From Corallochytrium limacisporum Hawaii (lineage: Eukaryota > Protista > Pluriformea), in NCBI GenBank assembly GCA_002811645.1, contig PDIP01000003.1, positions 124,001 through 188,000 on the forward strand: a DNA stretch of 64,000 nucleotides, in the 5' to 3' direction. The notes beneath the pieces were generated by a model. That model was not told the DNA's origin. It searched no databases and was given only the letters and a program-made list of their open reading frames with translations. Positions within the stretch are counted from its first letter, which is position 1, and the number at the start of each line of letters is the position of its first letter. The position numbers and the translations under genes were made by a program. Below are positions 38,051-47,913 of the stretch, one piece after another.

Positions 38051-39544
38051 TCATCCCATGAAGTTATGAGTGTGATGAGGCGACAGGAACTTGGTCTGGT
38101 CCGTTCCGGCTGGTGGAGACGAACTCAGCGCCGGCGACGCAGGGGCGTACGGTGATCCTGCGGGCGACAAATGGCTGTGTGTGTGGCTGTGTTGCGAACC
38201 GTCGGATCCACGACGCTTACCTTTGCGCTTACCCTTGGGTTTGAGAGGCTGGATGCCGTACAATCGGCGAACTTCCTCATTGATGCGTGCCATAATGTTG
38301 GGAATATCCATGGTCGGATGCTTCTTCTCCATGTGTTCCTGCAGACCACGATTCGTACAATACCGAGCACCGCATTCAATGACAGGGCATTTATACGGCC
38401 TCTTCTTTGCTGCTGCCTTGGTATGTCCATTAATGGCGTGGTAACGCAGTCCATTAGCTGTTGTGAAATGCCTGCCACAACCCTGGACAGGGCAAATCCA
38501 GTTCTTTACACCGTCCCGCTCCTCAATGATGGTCTGGTCCAGAATCATTTTCTCTGTCAAGTGTTCACCATCGACAATGGGCTCTGCCGGCACAAACTTG
38601 GCTCCCTTCTCACCACGTTCCTTTACAGGCTTGCGATTATGGTAGTGATGTGCATTCGGCGGCAAACTTACGCGCTTGCGACGGCGCCGAACGACAGGCA
38701 TGCGGGGAACACCAGGTGGTGCTAAGCCACCTCCAAAATTGCCACCGCCACCGCCACCGCCACCGCCAAAACCGGGACCAGTAGATCCGGGGACAACCCC
38801 ACCGCCAAGAGTTCCCAAACCACTAGGAGCGCCCGCGCCAAAGCCAGGCAGTGGCTGTGCCCGATGCTGCGGTAGGTCGCCCATGGACGCAGTACGTGGC
38901 ATGTCACCGCCAACACTGAGCAGACCACCAGCAGTGTTCGCTCCCTGGCGCGGCATGTTCGCTGTGGCAAGATCCATGCCAAATGCACCCATGTCATCGT
39001 TAAAGTTGAACGTATCCATACCGTAGGTCCCCAGGTCACCAAAGTCTGAGGCGGCATCTTCGCCGTAACTGCTTACGGAATGGCTTTCCGTATCAGCGAC
39101 TCCATAGGGGCTCAAACTGTTGCTATCCATGAACAGGTTCTTCTGATTCAGATTGTTGGTAAGGGTCTTCATTTCCTCCGCCAGCAAGGCCTTCTGTGTT
39201 TCAGTGATGGAGTCCCTCATGGGTACGTCATTGGTTCCAGTGACACTGACCATGGGGACGCCACCACCACTCTTGATGGCACTTGCGGCAGCACCCGGAG
39301 GAACATTGGTACCGTTCAACCAAGAGTTAACATTTTCCTTGGTCTGCTGAGGACCACCGGGGGCGGCTGGAGGTACACCAGCGGGACCGGGAGCCGGCCC
39401 TCCAGACTGCTGCTGCTGGTGGTGGGGCGGCGGCTGCTGCTGCTGCTGCTGCTGCTGCCCATTGTTGATATTGCCCAGGAATTTATCGAGATCGAAGGAC
39501 TCTCGCGATGCGCCCGGTTGCTGTTGTTGCTGTGGGGCAGACAT
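38051..39544 (-). CDS. C2H2 zinc-finger transcription factor, JAZF1/Sfp1-like
   Basis: WICPVQGCGRHFTTANGLRYHAINGH and RPYKCPVIECGARYCTNRGLQEHMEKKH resemble the NGLxYH fingers of Sfp1/JAZF1. Poly-Q, poly-G and basic NLS-like stretches. Confidence 0.82.
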   Translation of the reverse strand: MSAPQQQQQPGASRESFDLDKFLGNINNGQQQQQQQQPPPHHQQQQSGGPAPGPAGVPPAAPGGPQQTKENVNSWLNGTNVPPGAAASAIKSGGGVPMVSVTGTNDVPMRDSITETQKALLAEEMKTLTNNLNQKNLFMDSNSLSPYGVADTESHSVSSYGEDAASDFGDLGTYGMDTFNFNDDMGAFGMDLATANMPRQGANTAGGLLSVGGDMPRTASMGDLPQHRAQPLPGFGAGAPSGLGTLGGGVVPGSTGPGFGGGGGGGGGNFGGGLAPPGVPRMPVVRRRRKRVSLPPNAHHYHNRKPVKERGEKGAKFVPAEPIVDGEHLTEKMILDQTIIEERDGVKNWICPVQGCGRHFTTANGLRYHAINGHTKAAAKKRPYKCPVIECGARYCTNRGLQEHMEKKHPTMDIPNIMARINEEVRRLYGIQPLKPKGKRKGKRRGSDGSQHSHTHSHLSPAGSPYAPASPALSSSPPAGTDQTKFLSPHHTHNFMG

Positions 39545-42500
39545 TGTATCGCTTTCACTTATGAGTCTGTGATTTCAATTTTGAAATTATGAACTTAAAA
39601 TAGTAAGATGTTTGTGTTCCCGATTCTGTTTTTTCGTATTTTATCTTAGCTGTTATCTGGCATAACCATGATATGAAAGTCTGTTGTACCGATATCAGAG
39701 TAAGGGTCTTCCAAAGCTTCTTTACGAAAAGACTTTTATAATTTATTCAAACCGATTTGACGTAGGCCCTGCCTAGTGCTCCCGTTTGTGTTTGAAATAC
39801 CGTCTTTTCGTATACATAATTATTATCAATTGATCCTTTTAATACGACTCCTACCACAAAATTGTGAGCCGCTTCCACAGCACTCATTCGCCTTCACCCA
39901 CACCTCGCAGTCAAAGCCACACACTTGTGACTGCGATTGTCACACATCCAACACTAAGCAGTGGCTCGGGAAACCAAAGAAGCGGCACCGATTTGTTACA
40001 AAAAAAGTCGACCACAAGAAGCCCCCAAGACACGCAAAGGTGACCGGCCCAAAAAAATACACGGACACACTCACACCCCCCCCCGGGGGCCTGGGGGTCT
40101 TTACTTTCTTCTGCCTGCCGCCTCCCCCTTTCCTCACATACACACACACACACTACGCCTGCGGGCACCGGGACCCAAAACTTTAAATTCTTAAAAAAAA
40201 AAAAGGAAACTGCCAAAACGTCGCGTGTTTCTCTTTCGGGAAGGTGGTCTGCGCTCTGTCTCTGTCTCTCTCTCTCTAACCCTGCCCACCTGGCCAACCC
40301 ACCCTTCACACTCTGGCAAAGTCTTCCTTGGCAGTCTCTCACTTCCTTCTTTTGCTTTTTAGTTTCTCCGGGTGTGTGCAGAGAGAGTGCTGAACACAAA
40401 AAAGAAAAAAAAAAGAAACACGGCGGCACAACTCACAACCCGCCCGACCGCCGCGCCCAAAACGCAGCAACATCTTTGGTCAGGAATGACAAGACACTTT
40501 CCAAAGGTTGGGAAGGGGGGGGGGGGCGCGTACATTGGAGGCCGTTCAAGAATGAAATGCTTTGGGTACCAAAATGGCACCCTCACTCCTTTTTATTTAT
40601 GCTTTTCTTCTTTCTTTCTTTCTTTCTTTTTTGTTGGGCCTCTTTGGCCCCGAAACACACACACACACACTCACACTCTCTCTCGCTCTTCTTTTTTTTG
40701 TGTCGCTCTCCCTGGCTGCTTAAAATGTGTTTGATGCGCGGCCCAGGGACCGCAGTAGCGTCAGTTGGTCCAAAGTCGGACCCTAAAGCACGACAAAAGG
40801 GGGAGAGAGAGAGAGCGACAGGGCGAGCACGTAACTGAAAAACAGGCTGCCCCCGCCCCGCGGAGGGGGGGGGGGAGGGGGCAGCTATACACCAGAGAAT
40901 CAGCCGCGAACAAAAAAGACAAAAAAAAAGAAGGAAAAACCGTCCCAGCGTGTGTCTCTGCTTTGGTGCGGTCCGCTGCGGAAGAGAGGGAAAGAGGTGG
41001 TCGGGACCGGGTGAGGCAAAGGAACCAGGCCGTTTCAATACATTTACTATGCGCATCTTGCTGATCTGCAGAGCGTTCCAGACCATTCCAAGGTCCTCCC
41101 CCCAACCAACCAACCAACCCAGGGAATGGTCCCAACCCTTTCGGGCGATCACGGGTTGTGCAGCAAGACACGCCGCCGTTCGCGAACCTCCCTTCCAACC
41201 TTACCACTTGTCTCGGTACATTCATTATATAATTATGGAAACTGAGAGGAAGAAAAGCCATGCCCAAATCGGGATGTGTCCAGACTTGGTGTCTACTTTT
41301 CAATCCCGCCGGCTTTCACATCTGCCGTTGTTTCGTACTTGTCTCAGAGTTTTCTCCCTATCTCTCACTATGGGCACCAGAACCCTTCTGCAAGCTCCAG
41401 CTCTCTCTTACCCAGGTACTTGTGTGGTTCTTTCGGTTTCCCCCTCCCCCTCCCGGGGGCCGTCCCTCGCACCCCTCCCCCCTCTCCCTTGGCTCCGTCG
41501 ACTGCACACTTCCTGGGAGGGATCCGCATACTGAGAGTACTGAATTCTTGTCGCCCTCTGACAGAAGGAAAGACGGGACCAGCAGCCGGCTCAGGCATTG
41601 TTCTCTCCCTTGTCCCTACCCCGGCCCCTCTCCATTCCTGGCTCTCAGTGCTTTTTCTACCACCTTTCACGCACTCTTGGCCGGCTTTGTGTCCCTTTCC
41701 CGTTGCCCGCCGGCCTTATTTACGCGCGCACGGAATCTCCACACGGGCGGGGAATGGTGTGCAGTTGAAATATCCAATACTTTTTATATCAAAATCTTGC
41801 AAAATACGATGAATGGATTCCAAAACACGATGAAACTTCTCTTTTCAAAACATAAAGAATACAGCAGAAGGAATCAGAGAGACGGGCGGGCGGGAAAAAG
41901 TTTACCCGCTTCCTTGGCTCTACCAAACCTCCCTCCCCTTCTCTCCCTACCCGTCTTTCTTTTCTTTTTTTTTGTTTTCTTTCTGTGGCCTTGCCTACTT
42001 TTTTTTTCTTTTGAAATTTTCTTGCCGACTAACCGGGAAGTTTGTGTGCGAGAATAGAACCTCAGAGATTGCGCGGTTGGAGAAGGCGAGGACTAAAGGA
42101 AGCATCCCACTCTCTCCCGGGGGCCCACCGCTCCGCGGGTACTCCCCCCCCCCCCCCCCGGCGGCCATTGGCGCAGGTGAGAGAGCACACACACACACAC
42201 ACACACAGAGGCCCCGGTTCGCCAGCAACCAAAAGGCAAAAAAGAGAAGGTGGGGGGAGGGTTGGGTTGAAGTTGGGTTGTTAGACCGGTAGTGGGCGGG
42301 CGGGTGAATTTTTGCTTTTGTTCTTGTTCCAAAATATACGTGGCCGCCAGTCCCTGCATCACCAGCGCGGGCGCCAGCAAGTCTAATTTGCGGTTAAGAC
42401 TGTTTCGTATGTGTGTATATTTTGGTTCTGGGGGTATGGACGACGGGTGAGGAAGTGCCAGGCTTGTGGACCAAAGCGAGAGAGAGCGAGAGCGAGCGAG

Positions 42501-43101
42501 AGCGAGGGAGAGAGTTAGTGGTAGACTTGCCGCGGGGAAATCGGGTGACCGACGAACCCGGTCGCGTATTTTGGAAATAACGTCCAGTGGTAAATAGACA
42601 ATATATGCATGCGTACGATAAATTACGATTCCCCATTAATTTGCGTTGGCACACTTTGAGAGATGAGGCGGCACAACTGGGAGAGGGCGGGGGGAGGGAG
42701 GGGAGGGAAGGGGAGTAGCCGGAATGACGCCACAACCGCAAAGGATGAGGCCAAAGGCCCGAAGGGACGCAAGTTGTAAGCGGGAATGTTGGGGGGTGAG
42801 GGGAAACAGACCCCCGACGTTAATTATTTAATGAGGTTATCAGTTTATTATGGTTCACTCCCCGCTTGATGTCCCCGTGGATGGACGGGCGGGCGCGGGG
42901 ACGTGTTTAGCCTGTCACAAACTGCACTCTGGGACCAACGGCGTACTTGAGCTGGACCAAGTGATGCGCCTACTACAAAGAGAAAAAAACGTAGACGAGT
43001 ATGTGTAGAGCTGCCGAATGAAAACGTTTCGCTTTGATGATGACTAGGGATATATCGTGACTCTCCAGACCGTGATCACATAGTGCACGGCCTCCACCGC
43101 T

Positions 43102-44511
43102 ATGAGACCATTGTCGGTTGCGCTGGCCAGTGACTTTTTCCAGCCCGAAACTGGCGGTGTTGAGTCCCACATCTACCAGCTTGCCTACTGTCTCAGCCAA
43201 CTGGGGCATCGGATAACGATCATTACGAGATGTCACCCTCGGAAACAACGCACTGGAGTTCGGCATGTTACCGGTGGTATCAAAGTTCATCATCTGCCCT
43301 TGTTGGAAATGACAGGAGGCAACACACTCCCAACCATGTTCGCTTCAGCACCGCTCATCATCAACATCTTGCAGCATGAGCAAATCGAACTGGTACACGC
43401 CCATAGCGCGTACTCAACACTGGCACATGAAGTAATGTTGTGCGCTGCTAGCACGGGAATACCGATCGTTTACACAGACCACTCGCTCACAGGTTTCGAT
43501 GATGTTGCTTCCTCCCTGGTGAATGCAGTCCTAAGGTTCAGTTTGTGCAGCATCCGTGTGGCCATCTGTGTGAGCGGAGTGGGCGCCGCAAACATGGCAC
43601 TCAGGGGAGGGGCTGGATCCCAATCCTTGATTCAGATAAACAATGACGTTGACAGTCCAAGTGTCGATTTTGTACTGGAACGGTACGCCAACAGTGAAGG
43701 AGACAGTCTGATCCGTAGGGTGACTCCAGGATCGGAAGCAACCAACAAAAACACACTAGTGACAGTAATCCCGAACGCAGTCGACTCCGGATCGTTCTAT
43801 CCACCGTCACCCAGGGAACTGGCCGCAAACCGACAAAAGAATCGAATCGTCGTGGTGGTCATGAACCGTCTTGTGTACCGCAAGGGAATCGATCTCCTGC
43901 TCCGTGTTGTGCCGCGTGTCTGTAGTGAGTTTCCTACGGTTGATTTCATCATCGGCGGTGGCGGCCCGCGGCAGCAGGATCTCGAGGAAGTGCTCGATCG
44001 GTACGACCTGCGGTCACGCGTGCAGTACCTTGGAGCAGTGCCCCATAGTCACGTCAGGGACGTCCTGGTCAAGGGTGACGTGTTTCTGAACACTAGTCTG
44101 ACCGATGCATTCTGCATGGGCATTGTTGAGGCCGCTGCCTGCGGGGCTATGGTGGTGAGTACAGCAGTGGGTGGTATTCCAGAAGTCCTTGATGAGGACA
44201 TGGTGATTCTAACCGAACCGAGTGTGTCAGCATTGGTTGATGGCCTCCAGGAAGCATTCAAAAGGCGCCGAAGTGGGGGCATCAATGCTGTAGCGTTCCA
44301 CGAACGCATCGCTAAGCGTTACAGCTGGGGCACAGTTGCGGAAGCCACCGATCGCATGTACTCTGTGGCCATGGCAGCGGGCCCTTTTCATCTATCAGAA
44401 CGGCTGGACCGGTATTGGCGTTGTGGTCCACTGATTGGCATCTTGTGGATTGTCATTGCGAGCATGCACGCGAGTCTAACTGCAATACTGCTGCGCTGGC
44501 GTAGCAAATGA
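43102..44511 (+). CDS. PIGA: Phosphatidylinositol N-acetylglucosaminyltransferase catalytic subunit (GPI biosynthesis)
   Basis: SDFF.P..GGVESHIYQL, YTDHSL.GF.D, VIPNAVD, RLVYRKGIDLL, GDVFLNTSLT.AFCM.IVEAAACG..VVST.VGGIPEVL, C-terminal TM segment. Confidence 0.96.
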   Translation: MRPLSVALASDFFQPETGGVESHIYQLAYCLSQLGHRITIITRCHPRKQRTGVRHVTGGIKVHHLPLLEMTGGNTLPTMFASAPLIINILQHEQIELVHAHSAYSTLAHEVMLCAASTGIPIVYTDHSLTGFDDVASSLVNAVLRFSLCSIRVAICVSGVGAANMALRGGAGSQSLIQINNDVDSPSVDFVLERYANSEGDSLIRRVTPGSEATNKNTLVTVIPNAVDSGSFYPPSPRELAANRQKNRIVVVVMNRLVYRKGIDLLLRVVPRVCSEFPTVDFIIGGGGPRQQDLEEVLDRYDLRSRVQYLGAVPHSHVRDVLVKGDVFLNTSLTDAFCMGIVEAAACGAMVVSTAVGGIPEVLDEDMVILTEPSVSALVDGLQEAFKRRRSGGINAVAFHERIAKRYSWGTVAEATDRMYSVAMAAGPFHLSERLDRYWRCGPLIGILWIVIASMHASLTAILLRWRSK

Positions 44512-44571
44512 ATAGTAGTACGTCCGCTTTTAAAGTTGTAGCTTCCTCTTTAATGTTTTACACCTCATGAT

Positions 44572-46074
44572 TCACGCCTTGACAGCCTTCTTCTTCTTGG
44601 CCTTAGTTGCTTGCGCATCAGGGGCCTTCCTGGCCCTCTTAGTCTTGGACTTGGCCGTGTTGCGCTTCAGAGAATCCCATATTTCCTCAAATTCTTCCTG
44701 TGCCGTCTCGTCGTCCACAGAGTTCCGGCGTTTACTACGTTTTCTGCGCTCGCTTGGCAGTTGGTTCGCTTCGTTATCGGCGCCGTCCCTCTTTGGCAGA
44801 TCGTCGTACGGCTCCTCGGCAAAGTTTAGCAGGGCAGAAATTTGCTGTTTGACATAAAAACGGTGCAGTTGCTGACGTTTCTGCAGCGTAAAGATTCGCA
44901 ACGTGCGCTCCAGGCCGGCTATACACATGAGCGCCTCCGACTGCTTAGCATCCTGGTGGCCCTCTCGGACTGCCATGCGCTGGGTAGCCGGCATGATTTC
45001 TAGACCGCGAACTGAGGCGGTAATACCCTTATAGGCCGCAACCACGACGCCCTTGGTCACATCGATTGTAAAACAATTACCCTTAGTACCACCACAAGTT
45101 ACGTATCGAGGGGATGCGTGATAAAGGGCCATCTTCCTCAGCGGTGCCTTACCCGTGTCAATCTCGTTCACGGGCCTACGCTTGATCGTCGGATTGTAGA
45201 CCCGGACATGGCCCATCTCTCCTGCAACCACCAAACGACCGTCTGGCAGTCGTACGGCATCCCGGGGCTTGACAGGGACCTGCAGTTGGAGTCGATCATG
45301 AGGTAAATTCTTTGCCGCAAACACAGGGTTGGGTTTCTTTATGGCAGCCTTTGTGGTGGCTTCATCGTTGCCATCTTCGTCGTCGACCTGCTCCACGGTC
45401 TGCATGACCTCATTATCGAGCCTCCACATCTTGAGATCATTGTTATCCCCGCCAGTGAGTACTACCGGCACCCTCAGAGCCAGTTTGGCCTCTAATTCTC
45501 TGGTGTGGCTCTGCAACTTCTCCTCAGGAACAGCGGCACAGACCCTCGCAAACGCAATCGGTCCTGCATTGAAAGCCACCACCGGTGAGAGACAATCTCC
45601 TTCATTATCAATCAGTTCATCAATGTTTTCAAGTTTCAGCAAATTGATCGCACCGTTGGCACTTGCGATCATTAGAATTTTATCGTCACCATGATCGAAG
45701 AATTCCATTCCCACAATAGTCCCGAGGCCTTCCGCCACAGTTATCACTTCCTCGTGCTCAGACTCTCCACCGTCTTCCTCCTCCTCCTCCTCCTCCTCCT
45801 CAATTTCTCCATTCTCATTACTGTTCTTACCGGAAGACTTCGTCAGCGCCTCCATGGCACTTTCTACACGCTTCGCAATGTTAATCCGGAGCACAGATCC
45901 TCCCTTTGTGGCTGCAAAGCATTCTTTATCGATGTGTTGAGGGTGCCATACCAAGTGCTGTATTGACTCTTCCGGAATGGGAGTATTACTCTGTCCAAAT
46001 ACAACAAATTGGGCATTTTGTTCCACAGCCACAACCTTCAGCAGGCCTGTATCTGTGCCGAGCAACACTTTCAT
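44572..46074 (-). CDS. WDR74: WD-repeat ribosome biogenesis factor WDR74/Nsa1
   Basis: GTDTGLLK N-terminus, TGGDNNDLKMW, FAAKNLPHDRLQLQVPV, VRVYNP.IKRRPV, YKGITASVR, GLERTLRIF, FYVKQ.ISALL, EEIWDSL and a basic tail. Confidence 0.9.
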   Translation of the reverse strand: MKVLLGTDTGLLKVVAVEQNAQFVVFGQSNTPIPEESIQHLVWHPQHIDKECFAATKGGSVLRINIAKRVESAMEALTKSSGKNSNENGEIEEEEEEEEEDGGESEHEEVITVAEGLGTIVGMEFFDHGDDKILMIASANGAINLLKLENIDELIDNEGDCLSPVVAFNAGPIAFARVCAAVPEEKLQSHTRELEAKLALRVPVVLTGGDNNDLKMWRLDNEVMQTVEQVDDEDGNDEATTKAAIKKPNPVFAAKNLPHDRLQLQVPVKPRDAVRLPDGRLVVAGEMGHVRVYNPTIKRRPVNEIDTGKAPLRKMALYHASPRYVTCGGTKGNCFTIDVTKGVVVAAYKGITASVRGLEIMPATQRMAVREGHQDAKQSEALMCIAGLERTLRIFTLQKRQQLHRFYVKQQISALLNFAEEPYDDLPKRDGADNEANQLPSERRKRSKRRNSVDDETAQEEFEEIWDSLKRNTAKSKTKRARKAPDAQATKAKKKKAVKA

Positions 46075-46486
46075 GATTTCTACTAAATAAGAGACCTATT
46101 GCATAGCCCCTTAAGTGTTAATTTCTTTACATTATTCTACGCTATTTTTTGCACATTGAATTGTGTGGCTTTTTCGCATCAGATCAGCTATACGTGCACG
46201 GTCATATGGACCACAAAAATACCCTTTCACTGCTCAACATTGGATCTTCATGCGGTACACTCACAGCGAGTCTCAAACTTGCGGCTCTGCAAAAACCCGC
46301 GCGAGACCCGCGTGGATTGCTGGTGAGGGAAGAAGGGAGGGGAGGGGAGAGGGTGGGAGCCCTTCCTGCCAGGTCCCCCCTCCCCCTCTCGCCTGAGGAC
46401 CGTCTGTGAGGACGTAGGTGTTCCAGGTGCGGTTCAGTCTGGGAAATGGTCACATTCGCTCCAAGAGGTCCGCTCGGGAACACTCC

Positions 46487-47503
46487 TCAGATCTCGTCCG
46501 GATCGTCCTCCCCCAAAGCACCGGTAGTGGGACTGCTGAGCATCTCAGTTTTAGCGGTGGCAGCATCATCGCGATCCAGCCGCTGGTCCTCGGGTATGGT
46601 TTGCCAGTGAGGTGAAGGTTCGCCCGGACGCAGCCACTTGAAGTCTTCGACTTTGTGCCACCGATTTCTGGCAGCAGAGAAGCTGTAGGCAGCGAAATCA
46701 GCCTTCTCATCGGCGTACAGACTGCGAGTATCGGCGTGGAGGACAAAGGGCCCGAAACGTACCCTGTCGCAGTCCTCGATGATTGCTGAACTGTGCACGT
46801 AGAGATAGAAATCTGTGTCGTAGGTGTCATGAATACGTAGCTGTTGGCACATAATGTACAGTTTTGACCCTTCACACTTGTACATCAGGCATGATCCTTT
46901 AATTGGCCCGCACAGCAACACGCAATCTGTGATGTTGCTCAGATGAAGTGCTCCGCATCTGCGCCGGATATCAATGAGACAGTTCGTCAGATTCGCAAGC
47001 GCCAGATCACCGCCCGGGAACTTTTCACTGTCAATAATGATATGCTCACCTTTGCGATCCGCCACATCTGGCTCCGGCGCAATATCCACTAGGTCAAGTT
47101 TTGGTCTCCCTTCCTTCTCGTCCTCCTCTTTCTTTGATGCGTCGCTTGCCGGTGGTGGTGTCGGGGCCTTGGCGGGTGCCGCATTCGTCCGCTTCGATGA
47201 AAATGCAAACTTCTTACGCGGCTGCACCTTGGACCGGGTTTCTAGTGCCTTATGCTTTAGTCCATTCAGTTTCTCCTGGTGCCTAGCAAGATCATAGGAC
47301 GGCAGGAAGTGTGCAGCTTCTGTAATTTCTTTTTGCTGAGTCTCTAGCGCAGCAAGGACCTCCTCCACCTTCCCCAACGATACCTTCTTGTCAGCCAGAT
47401 CAAGATTCAACAATATGCTCTCAAGGTTTGTCATCTTCTTTATGTGTGCATCATGGAACTCCTGTGCCGACTCGGCGACAGTGGGCACTTCTGTATCCAC
47501 CAT
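46487..47503 (-). CDS. TBCC: Tubulin-specific chaperone C; start placed at ATG 47503 (ORF track extends to 47617)
   Basis: AAHFLPSYD, PRKKFAFS, GPIKGS, CQQLRIH.T..TDFYLYVHSSAIIEDC.RVRFGP, NRWHKVEDFKWL...PSPHW. Confidence 0.95.
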   Translation of the reverse strand: MVDTEVPTVAESAQEFHDAHIKKMTNLESILLNLDLADKKVSLGKVEEVLAALETQQKEITEAAHFLPSYDLARHQEKLNGLKHKALETRSKVQPRKKFAFSSKRTNAAPAKAPTPPPASDASKKEEDEKEGRPKLDLVDIAPEPDVADRKGEHIIIDSEKFPGGDLALANLTNCLIDIRRRCGALHLSNITDCVLLCGPIKGSCLMYKCEGSKLYIMCQQLRIHDTYDTDFYLYVHSSAIIEDCDRVRFGPFVLHADTRSLYADEKADFAAYSFSAARNRWHKVEDFKWLRPGEPSPHWQTIPEDQRLDRDDAATAKTEMLSSPTTGALGEDDPDEI

Positions 47504-47913
47504 AGTAGCAAACCTCCCGAATAACAGCCCACCTGCCCAGGTTAGGCGGATATGTCTGTCGGAAACAAGAACTTCTACTAGACGACGTAACGTCGGCCAT
47601 GTCAATAAAGTGCTCATCGATCGGAGGTCTGCACAGCGGAAGTACCCGTCCGTTGACGCCGATCTGACGCTTAGCTAGCTTTTTCCCCTCCCCCTGAAGT
47701 CTGCTGCGCCTGCCCGCGCAAAAACCGAGAGTGGCCGACGAGGCCGGGGAAGGAGCCCCCCTCCGTGTCCCAACCACGCGAGCGTGCAGCTGCAAAGCTG
47801 CCCCCTGGGGCGGGTCTCAAAGCCACATCAGGTACTTCGAAGCCTCTGCCCCCAATTTCAACGATTGCTTGTGTCGACGAAGTGGAAGGGAACTTTGCTG
47901 ACCATTCACAACC
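47504..47913. promoter_or_regulatory. Bidirectional promoter TBCC/DUS3L
   Basis: About 410 bp between divergent starts. GC-rich, ApT-free core 47664-47826 with a GGGGCGGG box. Confidence 0.6.

Noticed and set aside
40359-42380. Many 100-265 aa ORFs in the low-complexity island
   Set aside because: Stop codons are rare here because of the composition; translations are low-complexity.
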